Assembly (NCBI GenBank): GCA_963801605.1
Contig: CAWDFP010000006.1
Coordinates: 1,600,001 to 1,664,000 of the forward strand
DNA length: 64,000 nucleotides
Reading direction: 5' to 3'
From: an uncultured candidate division Zixibacteria bacterium
Lineage (GTDB): Bacteria > Zixibacteria > MSB-5A5 > UBA10806
Made by a program: the position numbers and the translations under genes. Shown here in pieces: positions 19,067 through 29,529 of the stretch (position 1 is the first letter of the stretch; every line of letters begins with the position of its first letter). The notes below the pieces were generated by a model. The model saw nothing but the letters and a program-made list of their open reading frames with translations, made no database searches and was not told the DNA's origin.

Positions 19067-19288
19067 ATGGATCCCAAAACATCAGTAGGATTTCTTCTGC
19101 CGCTGGCAGTAGGCGTGGCCGCAATCGGGTCGGGCCTGGGTCTCGGCAAGGCAGTTGGCGCCGCCATGGAGGCGATGGGCCGTCAGCCGGAAGCCGCCAG
19201 CAAGATTCAAACGGGCATGATCATCGGCGCGGCCTTCATTGAAGCCCTAACGATTTACGCCCTCGTAGCGGTGATTTTGATCAAGTAA
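19067..19288 (+). CDS. atpE: F0 subunit c
   Basis: GxGxGxG, RQPE, conserved E in FIEAL. Confidence 0.97.
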   Translation: MDPKTSVGFLLPLAVGVAAIGSGLGLGKAVGAAMEAMGRQPEAASKIQTGMIIGAAFIEALTIYALVAVILIK

Positions 19289-19289
19289 G

Positions 19290-19793
19290 ATGGAGGATAT
19301 TGCAAAATCCCTGGATCTCAATTGGGGACTGATAATCACTCAGATTATCGGATTCCTGATTGCGATGTGGATATTGAAGGCGTTCGCCTGGAAACCGCTT
19401 TTAGGGATGCTGGAAGCCCGTAAGAACAAGATCTCCGGCGATATCAAAGACGCCGAACAGATCAAAGCCGAGGCCGGTAAGCTGCTTGAGGATTATCGCG
19501 CCAAGCTTCGTGATATTGACAACGAGGCCAGGGCACGTATCCAGGAAGCGGTTAACGATGGCAGCCGCATTTCGGTTGAGATCAAAGAACAGGCGCGTAA
19601 AGAGGCTCAACAGATTCTCGCAAAATCCCGTGATGAAATGGCCCGTGATATAGCCAAGGCGCGCGTTCAATTGCGGGACGAGATTGCAACGATGGCAGTC
19701 AGAGCCGCCGAGAAGATAATATCCACACGTCTGAATGAAGCGGAGCAGCGTCGTTTGCTTGACGATTTCCTTAAGGAGGTCGACCAGGCTTGA
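19290..19793 (+). CDS. atpF: F0 subunit b
   Basis: N-terminal TM, WKPL...R, coiled coil. Confidence 0.95.
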   Translation: MEDIAKSLDLNWGLIITQIIGFLIAMWILKAFAWKPLLGMLEARKNKISGDIKDAEQIKAEAGKLLEDYRAKLRDIDNEARARIQEAVNDGSRISVEIKEQARKEAQQILAKSRDEMARDIAKARVQLRDEIATMAVRAAEKIISTRLNEAEQRRLLDDFLKEVDQA

Positions 19794-20338
19794 AAGACAC
19801 CCGCGTTGCGCAGCGTTATGCTCATGCTCTCTTCCAGGTTGCCGTATCGAGGCAGATGGTCGAGACTATGGCCTCGGAGCTTTTTCAGCTTCGTTCTTTC
19901 AGCGACAAAGACGCGAGCTTTTTGCATTTTCTAAAAGCTCCACAGGTCTTAAAGGAAGATAAAGCGAAACTGATAACATCGCTTTTTGCCTCGCGTATTT
20001 CGCCACCGCTGGTTTCGTTTATCCAGCTTTTAATCGAAAAAAACAGGATTGAGTTTTTAAGCGACATCGCCAGGGATTTCGAAGAGCTCTTGCAGGATTA
20101 TCGCGATATTATTAAAGCTCAGGTTACAACCGCTGTCCCGGTTACGGATGAGTTCAAGGAGCTATTGCGAGTCAGGCTCGAAAAGCTTAGCGGAAAAAAG
20201 ATCGAGATTGAACATAAAATCGATAAAGGCATTATTGGCGGCATAATCGTCAACTTAAATTTCAAAGTTATCGACCGTTCGGTGAAACATGAGTTAGAAT
20301 CGTTAAAGCACGGTCTCATGTCGTTAAAGGTATATTAA
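19790..20338 (+). CDS. atpH: F1 subunit delta
   Basis: AQRYAHALF; IIGGII...IDRSV. Confidence 0.95.
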   Translation: MKDTRVAQRYAHALFQVAVSRQMVETMASELFQLRSFSDKDASFLHFLKAPQVLKEDKAKLITSLFASRISPPLVSFIQLLIEKNRIEFLSDIARDFEELLQDYRDIIKAQVTTAVPVTDEFKELLRVRLEKLSGKKIEIEHKIDKGIIGGIIVNLNFKVIDRSVKHELESLKHGLMSLKVY

Positions 20339-20350
20339 AGGGGATTTTAT

Positions 20351-21865
20351 ATGGCGTTTCGACCCGAAGAGGTTAGTTCGATTCTCCAAAAGGAAATAGA
20401 GAAGTATTCAACTAAAATCGAGATGCAATCGGTGGGAACTATTCTCCAGGTGGGAGATGGTATTGCCCGCATCTGGGGTCTTCAGGACGCCATGCAATCC
20501 GAGCTTCTGCAATTTCCCAATGATATCATCGGTATAGTATTAAATCTCGAGGAAGACTCGGTTGCCGCCGCAATTTTTGGCGACGATACTAATATTAAGG
20601 AAGGCGATACGGTCAAGCGCACCGGCGCGGTAGCTCGCGTGCCGGTTGGTGAAGCCCTGGTAGGCCGGGTCGTCAACGCCCTGGGCCATCCGCTCGACGG
20701 AAAGGGGCCAATTGTAACGGACAAATACAGGCCCATCGAAGGCCACGCGCCAAACGTAGTTTCCCGTCAGCCGGTGAAAGAGCCGGTACAAACCGGTCTC
20801 AAGGCTGTCGATTCGATGATCCCAATTGGGCGCGGCCAGCGCGAACTCATCATCGGCGACCGTCAAACCGGTAAAACCGCACTGGCTATCGATACGATTA
20901 TTAATCAGCGCGATTCCGATCTCTTTTGCATATATGTAGCCATTGGCCAGAAATCGTCAACAGTGGCCCAGGTGATCGAAACGCTTCATAAGCACAAAGC
21001 CATGGATTATACAACTGTAGTGGTTGCCGCCGCAGATGACCCGGCCCCGCTGCAATATATCGCTCCCTATTCGGGCTGCGCTATCGGGGAGGAGTATCTT
21101 TATACGGGGCGGCATTCGCTGTGCATCTATGATGATTTATCCAAGCACGCCCAGGCATACAGACAGTTGGCGCTTCTGGTGCGCCGTCCTCCGGGAAGGG
21201 AGGCCTATCCCGGCGACGTTTTCTATCTGCATTCCCGTCTATTGGAGCGTGCCGCCAAGCTTTCGGAGAAAAACGGGTCAGGATCGCTAACTGCGCTGCC
21301 GATCATCGAGACTCAGGCGGGCGACGTTTCCGCGTATATCCCGACCAACGTGATCTCGATCACCGACGGTCAAATTTATCTTGAGGCTGATCTTTTCTAT
21401 TCGGGCGTCAGGCCCGCTATCAACGTTGGAATCTCCGTTTCGCGCGTAGGCGGTCATGCACAAACGGAAGCTATGAAAAAAGTCGCGGGACGCTTAAGGC
21501 TCGATCTGGCACAATACCGCGAACAAGCAGCCTTTGCGCAATTTGGTTCCGATCTCGATGAGGCCACACAACGTCAGTTGACTCGTGGTTCCAGAACGAT
21601 AGAAATATTAAAGCAGAATCAATATATCCCGATGCCGCTGGAAAAACAGGTGACTATCATTTGGGTAGCGGTCAACGGATATCTTGATGATCTTCCTTTG
21701 GACGTTTGCCGGCGTTTCGAGGCGGAATTCCATCTCTATATTGCGGATAAATACCCTGATATTTTCCACGAGATTGCCACCAAAAAGGATTTGACAACCT
21801 CGGTGGTGGAAAAGCTTAAAGATGCAACGCTCAAATTCAAAGCAGAGTTTAAGGCGAAGCTCTAA
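20351..21865 (+). CDS. atpA: F1 subunit alpha
   Basis: [21 protein letters not shown]. Confidence 0.99.
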   Translation: MAFRPEEVSSILQKEIEKYSTKIEMQSVGTILQVGDGIARIWGLQDAMQSELLQFPNDIIGIVLNLEEDSVAAAIFGDDTNIKEGDTVKRTGAVARVPVGEALVGRVVNALGHPLDGKGPIVTDKYRPIEGHAPNVVSRQPVKEPVQTGLKAVDSMIPIGRGQRELIIGDRQTGKTALAIDTIINQRDSDLFCIYVAIGQKSSTVAQVIETLHKHKAMDYTTVVVAAADDPAPLQYIAPYSGCAIGEEYLYTGRHSLCIYDDLSKHAQAYRQLALLVRRPPGREAYPGDVFYLHSRLLERAAKLSEKNGSGSLTALPIIETQAGDVSAYIPTNVISITDGQIYLEADLFYSGVRPAINVGISVSRVGGHAQTEAMKKVAGRLRLDLAQYREQAAFAQFGSDLDEATQRQLTRGSRTIEILKQNQYIPMPLEKQVTIIWVAVNGYLDDLPLDVCRRFEAEFHLYIADKYPDIFHEIATKKDLTTSVVEKLKDATLKFKAEFKAKL

Positions 21866-21887
21866 AGTTATTCAGAGATAAACAGAG

Positions 21888-22745
21888 ATGGCATCACTTC
21901 GCGATATTAAACGACGCATTAAGTCGGTTCAGAATACTCAGCAGATCACCAAAGCCATGGAAATGGTTTCGGCGGTTAAGCTTCGTAAAGCGCAGCAGCG
22001 TGTCGAGGCTGCCCGTCCGTATGGCCTCAAAATGCAACAGATGCTCGAATCTGTGGCTGCCGCCGCGGCCGGTTTGAATCATCCACTATTTGAGGAACGC
22101 GATGTTAAAACCACGCTACTGGTGGTCTTCACATCGGATCGCGGCCTGGCGGGATCTTATAACAGCAATATTTTCAGGAATGCCACACGCTACCTGAAGG
22201 AAAGGCCGGAAGGCAGCGTCAGGCTGGGTTTGATCGGTAAAAAGGCGATGGAGTATTTTAAGCGGCGGAAGTATCCGATCGATTTTAGCATAACTGATTT
22301 AGGGGCTAATGTAGACCTGGTCAGAACGCGCCGCCTGGCAACTGATATCACCAATAAATTTAAGAGCGGCGAGGTGGACGAGGTTCGCCTGCTTTATACG
22401 CGGTTTGTTTCGATGACGAGCTATCGCATTACTATTGAAAGATTTTTACCAATCGAAAAACCGGCCAGCGCCGGTGAACAGACGGTAACCGACTATATAT
22501 TCGAACCAAATGCCGATGGTATTTTTTCGAATCTGGTGCCGCGTTATTGTGTTACGAAAATACTTCAAGCCATGCTGGAATCATTTGCATCGGAACATGG
22601 TTCTCGAATGATTTCGATGGGCAATGCCACCAAAAATGCTAAAGAGTTGATTGAACATCTTACAATAGTGCGCAACAATGCCAGGCAGGCCGCGATCACC
22701 AAGGAGCTGCTCGATATCGTTGGCGGCGTTGAGGCGCTGAAGTAA
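21888..22745 (+). CDS. atpG: F1 subunit gamma
   Basis: ITKAMEMVS, SDRGLAG, RQAAITKEL. Confidence 0.99.
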   Translation: MASLRDIKRRIKSVQNTQQITKAMEMVSAVKLRKAQQRVEAARPYGLKMQQMLESVAAAAAGLNHPLFEERDVKTTLLVVFTSDRGLAGSYNSNIFRNATRYLKERPEGSVRLGLIGKKAMEYFKRRKYPIDFSITDLGANVDLVRTRRLATDITNKFKSGEVDEVRLLYTRFVSMTSYRITIERFLPIEKPASAGEQTVTDYIFEPNADGIFSNLVPRYCVTKILQAMLESFASEHGSRMISMGNATKNAKELIEHLTIVRNNARQAAITKELLDIVGGVEALK

Positions 22746-22794
22746 GATTCGTCGTAAAGTGTGAAAAAAAGAATTCAGGATATAAAAGGATTAG

Positions 22795-24210
<1,416 letters not shown>

Positions 24211-24213
24211 GAT

Positions 24214-24615
24214 TTGTTCAAGCTTTCGGTAGTTACTCCCGAAAAGCCCCTTATCGACCAGGAGGCCCGATCCATCATCGCTCCCGGAACCGAAGGATAT
24301 CTCGGTATTTTAACAGATCATGCTCCGTTGATTACCGCTCTGATTCCTGGCAAGCTGACAGTTACAGATCCGTCTAATTCGGAATTATTCTATGCAATTT
24401 CGGGCGGTTTCCTGGAGGTTTCGCATAATATCGTTACGATCTTGGCCGATGCTATTGAGCCGATAGAACAGATCGATCTAAGCCGTGCTCAGGAGGCTGA
24501 AACCCGTGCTCGTGAGCGTTTAGCAAGTAGAACCAGGCCCGATATTGATGTTCCTCGCGCGGAGGCAGCGTTGGCAAGAGCGCTAAACAGGATTCGATTG
24601 CTAAGCAACCGCTAA
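24214..24615 (+). CDS. atpC: F1 subunit epsilon
   Basis: VVTPE, GILTDHAP, ISGGFLEV. Confidence 0.96.
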   Translation: MFKLSVVTPEKPLIDQEARSIIAPGTEGYLGILTDHAPLITALIPGKLTVTDPSNSELFYAISGGFLEVSHNIVTILADAIEPIEQIDLSRAQEAETRARERLASRTRPDIDVPRAEAALARALNRIRLLSNR

Positions 24616-24633
24616 AAAAAATATCACTAAATA

Positions 24634-24669
24634 CAAATTGGGGCCATCATTTATTATGACCCCAATTTG
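24634..24669. terminator. Hairpin between convergent atpC and dockerin gene (probable bidirectional terminator)
   Basis: CAAATTGGGG...CCCCAATTTG inverted repeat with A/T-rich flanks. Confidence 0.65.
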
Positions 24670-24793
24670 ATATTTTCATGCTAAATATCGGACATAAAAA
24701 ATATGATTCGCGACCGCAAAATGAGGAGATCGAATGGCTCGCCCATTGCTTATTTATCGATGAATCGGATTGCAATCTCTTAAGGCAACTTCC

Positions 24794-25691
24794 TCAATAA
24801 TTCCAGTTTATTGGAACTAAATCAAAAAAAGGCATTATTGGGGCCGGCCCAATCATTTTTAAGATAGTTGACCATATAAACGACATCAAGGCCATTTGCT
24901 ACACCGTCTCCATTGGCATCTCCCGGCACCACAAAGGAACTGGCAACCGCAATAGAGTTATCTGCGATGCTGTTAGGAGGTCCAAAATAGCAAAGCGGCG
25001 GGCCAAAAATCGGATCATTTTGTATTATGCTCATAACCGGGGTGCCAGTGCCTGTTACTGCTGTTATAACAAGATCGTAAATAGCGGTCATCGTGGGGAA
25101 GTTATTCTGGCCATTTTGGGTATATGTATCATAGTCGAGCGAAATGCTGCTATAAGGGGCAGCAAACGGCCTGATGGCACTTACTTCGGCCATATTGTTG
25201 GGAAGTAATGACGTAACTGAGAATCCCGCTATATCGGCCGGATTGAATTGATACGAAAACGATATGTTTGAGATTGGTACTGTAGCTGTGACATAAACCC
25301 TGAAAGTAGCCGTAAGCGGGTCAGTATCGTGTTGCACAACAAGCTGCGCCTGCGCTGTCTGAGCCGCAGTATTAGTCCATTGTGGAGACGTGTATGTGCA
25401 AGCATTGGCCGGAGGAGGGCCGCCTTTGAAAAAGGTGATTAAATAAGTGACATCGAGCCCGTTTACATATGTGTTTCCATCCATATCTGCACCTTCGATA
25501 CACCAGATAGGCGATCCACCCCGAAAATATTGGACCATTTCATCAGCGTCAGCCCAATTGCACCAGCCGTCCCCGTTGCAATCTCCATAGGGATGAAAGC
25601 TTTGAGTCTGACCAATTAACGGGGCACCCAAAAGGGTAATCAACAGGGAAAATAAAAAAATTGCCCAGCAAATACCGGAATCGAATCGCAT
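24794..25691 (-). CDS. Secreted dockerin-type (EF-hand pair) protein with central cohesin-like beta-sandwich and a second C-terminal dockerin repeat; probable extra A near 24858 (ORF as given ends at 24822)
   Basis: AAGGAG RBS; signal peptide; GDCNGDGWCNWAD, ADMDGNTYVNGLDVTYLITFFKGGPPP and GDANGDGVANGLDVVYMVNYLK. Removing one A gives ...YLKMIGPAP...NWNY*, which matches the repeat pattern. Confidence 0.75.
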
Positions 25692-25873
25692 AATTGCTCC
25701 TTTTCCATTAGGTTTTACGTCCGTTCTAAAACATCAAATAGAACCGAGTCCGTAAAGAAATCTGAGAAGTTAATATTGAAAAGCGTAATGCTTTTATTTA
25801 TGCGTGATGTCAAACATGGCAGACAGCAATAAAACAGAAAATATTCGGGGCTGTCTTGGAATAGTCTGATTTG

Positions 25874-25902
25874 ATTCTATATTGGGCCATGATTATTGTC
25901 AA
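25874..25902 (-). promoter_or_regulatory. Near-consensus sigma70 promoter of the dockerin gene
   Basis: Minus strand TTGACA (25902-25897), 17-nt spacer, TAGAAT (25879-25874). Confidence 0.75.
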
Positions 25903-26027
25903 GTAAAAAATCCCAATATATTTGTACAATGCCAATATTAGGCCCTTGTGGGGCCGGCCCGCCTTTCTTATTAAAATTAATGAGTTAAAAGCCCGATTAT
26001 TTAGTTTTTTTCGCTTTAATTTCATGC

Positions 26028-26055
26028 TTGACATCGACTCAACTTTTCATAAATT
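26028..26055 (+). promoter_or_regulatory. Putative rpmA promoter
   Basis: TTGACA, 16-nt spacer, TAAATT. Confidence 0.6.
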
Positions 26056-26084
26056 GATGGTTTTGGATAGGAAAGGGGTTTGTT

Positions 26085-26336
26085 TTGGCACACAAGAAAG
26101 GTTTAGGATCTTCAAGAAACGGTCGCGACTCGCACGGCCAGCGGCTTGGCGTAAAAGCCTATGGCGGAGAGCGTGTTAATGCCGGCACGATCATTATCCG
26201 GCAGCGCGGCACCCATATCATGCCCGGCCTCAATGTAGGTTTGGCCAAGGATGATACGATCTTCGCTACCGCTGACGGCGTGGTGAAGTTCGAACGCAAG
26301 GGCCGTGATAAGAAGATCGTCTCGATAGTCCCATAG
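26085..26336 (+). CDS. rpmA: 50S ribosomal protein bL27
   Basis: [15 protein letters not shown]...RLGVK...[11 protein letters not shown] start. Confidence 0.98.
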   Translation: MAHKKGLGSSRNGRDSHGQRLGVKAYGGERVNAGTIIIRQRGTHIMPGLNVGLAKDDTIFATADGVVKFERKGRDKKIVSIVP

Positions 26337-26337
26337 A

Positions 26338-26370
26338 ACGACCCCGGTCGTATTGGCCGGGTCGTCTTTA
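26338..26370 (+). terminator. Terminator-like hairpin after rpmA
   Basis: ACGACCCCGGTCG / TGGCCGGGTCGT stem, short T tail. Confidence 0.6.
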
Positions 26371-26412
26371 TGTATGATGTGACTATAATCGCAAGGTCTT
26401 TTAAAACAGTTA

Positions 26413-27040
26413 ATGATGACAACACCTCCCAGGAAAGTAGGAATAATTATCTCCGGCGGCAATCCCTGGGAGATTTTGTTTTCTTTTCTACAGCTTGAAA
26501 AACTTGGCTATCTGAGAATCCCGATCTCGGTACCCATCGATGGGCCCGCCGAGTTCATCTCGGAAATCGAATACGAGCTTAGCCCGAACCTCCATCACCA
26601 GTTTTGCCGATGCCAAAGTTACCGGTCTCGATGCTTTAATTATTCCCGGCGGGAAGCGTTTATTCAACAGCCTCAGCAATTTTCAGGACGTCGGCAATGC
26701 CTTCAAAATCCACGAGGGTTTTAAAACTCTGATTAAGGGCGCCTACCGGATGCAAAAACCTATCGGCGCTTTCGGATCGGCCTCGGCGCTGATTACCAAG
26801 TCGCTGCAGGGAATAACACATGCCGGTCTGGTGGTGACAGTGGGGAGCGATCCCAAAATTCAAGCGGCTATCGCGTCCACCGGGGCGCAGACCGTTGTCA
26901 CCAGGCCAACCGAAGTAATTATCGATCAGACAAATAAAGTAGCCACTTCCGGAGGGGAGCTGTGCAGCAAACGACCCTCCGAAGTATATGAATCTTGCGG
27001 AAACCTGATTTCCGCCTTAACCGAACTTATGAGTGAGTAG
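26413..27040 (+). CDS. ElbB/ES1-like (DJ-1/PfpI superfamily) protein lacking the nucleophile Cys; frameshift near 26581
   Basis: KVGIIISG, LDALIIPGG, NSLSNF, KPIGAF, VTVGSD and IIDQTNKVATS parallel ElbB. ORFs 26413.. and 26540.. join at E-L-A-R. Confidence 0.7.
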
Positions 27041-27044
27041 GAAA

Positions 27045-27887
27045 ATGCGAACTATCAAATCCGAACAGATTACGGAGTCCGTCAAAAAGCTTTGTACGGA
27101 CGCCAACTACTACCTCGGAGCCGATGTAATCGCCGCGCTCAAGGATGCTTCTGGCAAAGAAGAATCGCCGCTGGGCAAGGAGATCATCAACCAGATTTTG
27201 GAAAATGCCGAGATCGCCAAAAACGATAAGATGCCGCTTTGCCAGGATACCGGATTATCGGCAATTTTCGTCGAACTCGGCCAGGACGTGCATGTCGAGG
27301 GCGCCGATTTCGAGGCCGCTGTGCAGGAGGGGATTCGACAAGGATATACCGAGGGTTATCTTCGCAAATCTATGGTCGAGGACCCGCTGCGCCGTAAAAA
27401 CACCGGCGATAATACTCCGGCGGTTATTTCAACTCGCATCGTCAAAGGCGACAAAATAAAAATTACAATTCTTCCCAAAGGCGGCGGCTCGGAGAATATG
27501 AGCGCAGTCAGGATGCTCAAACCATCCGACGGTGAAGATGGCGTGAAGGGCTTTGTGGTTGAGACTGTCAAAAAAGCCGGAGGTAATCCCTGCCCTCCGA
27601 TTATTGTCGGCGTAGGCATTGGCGGCTCATTCGATAAATGCGCATATCTGGCAAAGAAGGCTCTGCTTCGAGAGCTTGGCAGCGTGCACTCTGATCCGTA
27701 TTATGCAGCGATGGAGAAGGAGTTACTTGAGAAAGTCAACAATACCGGTATCGGACCGCAGGGGCTTGGCGGACGGATTACCGCGTTGGCTGTTCATATC
27801 GAGACTCATCCCTGCCATATCGCCAGCTTACCGGTGGCTGTTAATACACAATGCCACTCGGCTCGCCACAAAGAAGTCGTGATTTGA
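27045..27887 (+). CDS. Class I fumarate hydratase, alpha subunit (Fe-S; alternative GTG start 27033)
   Basis: PLCQDTG, KGGGSEN, GNPCPP, HIASLPVAVNTQCH. Confidence 0.93.
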   Translation: MRTIKSEQITESVKKLCTDANYYLGADVIAALKDASGKEESPLGKEIINQILENAEIAKNDKMPLCQDTGLSAIFVELGQDVHVEGADFEAAVQEGIRQGYTEGYLRKSMVEDPLRRKNTGDNTPAVISTRIVKGDKIKITILPKGGGSENMSAVRMLKPSDGEDGVKGFVVETVKKAGGNPCPPIIVGVGIGGSFDKCAYLAKKALLRELGSVHSDPYYAAMEKELLEKVNNTGIGPQGLGGRITALAVHIETHPCHIASLPVAVNTQCHSARHKEVVI

Positions 27888-27898
27888 GGAGATAGATC

Positions 27899-28450
27899 AT
27901 GGAAACCAAAAAACTTACAACTCCGCTCAAAGATTCCGATATCGCCGGTCTTCGCTCCGGGGATAACGTGACCATAACCGGATATATCTATACCGGCCGT
28001 GATGCCGCTCATAAGAAAATGGTTGATCTCCTGCAAAAAGGGGAGAGCCTGCCGTTCGATCCCAAAGGACAGATCATTTACTTCGTCGGTCCCACGCCGG
28101 CCAAACCCGGCCAGGTGATTGGATCAGCCGGCCCGACGACATCAGGACGGATGAATAAATATTCTCCGTTTTTGCTGGCTGCCGGCCTCAAGGGAATGAT
28201 CGGTAAAGGCGAAATGGGCGCCGAGGTTGTTGAGGCTCTCAAGAAGCACAAGGGTGTCTATATGGTGGCCACCGGCGGCGCGGCGGCCTTGATTGCCAAG
28301 CGAATCACGGAAGCGACCGTTGTGGCCTACGAGGAGCTCGGCCCGGAGGCTATCCGACGTCTCAAAGTTGTCGATTTCCCCGTGATCGTGGCCCAGGATT
28401 GCCACGGCGGCAATATCTATGTCGAGGGCGTGGAGAAATACCAGCGGTAA
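27899..28450 (+). CDS. Class I fumarate hydratase, beta subunit
   Basis: GRDAAHK, GPTTSGRM, MIGKG, LGPEAI. Confidence 0.93.
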   Translation: METKKLTTPLKDSDIAGLRSGDNVTITGYIYTGRDAAHKKMVDLLQKGESLPFDPKGQIIYFVGPTPAKPGQVIGSAGPTTSGRMNKYSPFLLAAGLKGMIGKGEMGAEVVEALKKHKGVYMVATGGAAALIAKRITEATVVAYEELGPEAIRRLKVVDFPVIVAQDCHGGNIYVEGVEKYQR

Positions 28451-28606
28451 ATTGCATCGTTCTATCTGTTAAGCATGATTTAGTGAAAGTATTGATTTAG
28501 CGCATCGTCAGGGCGTTTCCTGAAAATTTGTAAGATTGTTAGGCGCTCCTAAGATGAAAAATCGAGATGCTCCTTTAACTCAAAGTTAGAAAATAAACAA
28601 TAGCAT

Positions 28607-28635
28607 TTGACGAAAAACAGTAATGCTAATAAACT
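28607..28635 (+). promoter_or_regulatory. Putative sdh promoter
   Basis: TTGACG, 17-nt spacer, TAAACT. Confidence 0.6.
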
Positions 28636-28720
28636 TCATTGAATGGAGAAACGGTCAATAGATAGAATTGGATAAATTAATTGATAAACTGAGGGCATCT
28701 TTTAAGTCAGGAGGCTTAAA

Positions 28721-29116
28721 ATGAGTCAAGCCATAGCAACTCGAGGAGCGCTGTTCTGGCTCTTCCAGCGGCTGACAGGTTTGTTCTTAGCTGTCTTTCT
28801 TTTTACCCACGTGAAAGTGCTTCACTGGGATTTCAATTTCACCAACCCCGCCATAGCCCCCACCGGCTTTCTCGATTTCAGCTTCGTGGCTCAACGGCTG
28901 CAGGGAAGTGTCGGCTGGGTCATCTTCTACTTCTGTTTCATCATCTCAGCCCTGTTCCACGGCCTGAACGGCCTCTGGGCGGTGGTGCTCGATTTCAGGC
29001 CATCACGCGGCATTCAGACCACCTGGTTATCGGTGCTCTGGGCGGTCGGTGTATTGGTCTCGATCTGGGGTCTCTACACTCTGAGCTCGTTCTACTCCGG
29101 CGGAGGTGTCTCATGA
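28721..29116 (+). CDS. sdhD: Succinate dehydrogenase membrane anchor (SdhD-type)
   Basis: WLFQRLTG...H; FHGLNGLWAVVLDF; three TMs; AGGAGG RBS. Confidence 0.85.
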   Translation: MSQAIATRGALFWLFQRLTGLFLAVFLFTHVKVLHWDFNFTNPAIAPTGFLDFSFVAQRLQGSVGWVIFYFCFIISALFHGLNGLWAVVLDFRPSRGIQTTWLSVLWAVGVLVSIWGLYTLSSFYSGGGVS

Positions 29117-29529
29117 ACGTACTTAAAGCATTCAAAGGCACAGCCGAGGAAACCAGGCTCAATCCTAACGTGGGGACATTTGCCTGGGTTCTGCATCGGA
29201 TAACAGGTCTCCTGCTGCTGTTCTATCTTTTATTGCACATGTGGGTATTAGGCTCGGCCAATTCCGGTCCGGGCGAATTTGACCAGAGGCTTAAAATGGT
29301 GCAGTCGCCTCTGTTCCATTTTTTAGAAATTGGATTAATTCTGACAGTGTTTTATCACATGATAAACGGACTTTCGATTACCATTATGGATTTCTTTAAT
29401 CTCTCGACCAAACACAAAACACTGGTGACAATTTCGGTAGTAATATTTGCAATTGTCGCCATAGTAGCTTTCGGTATCATGCTGCCTCGGGCGCTGCATC
29501 ACGGCGGAGGTGTCCATGCGATTTCATGA
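29113..29529 (+). CDS. sdhC: Succinate dehydrogenase cytochrome b subunit (SdhC-type)
   Basis: WVLHRITG...LLH; YHMINGL. Confidence 0.88.
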   Translation: MNVLKAFKGTAEETRLNPNVGTFAWVLHRITGLLLLFYLLLHMWVLGSANSGPGEFDQRLKMVQSPLFHFLEIGLILTVFYHMINGLSITIMDFFNLSTKHKTLVTISVVIFAIVAIVAFGIMLPRALHHGGGVHAIS

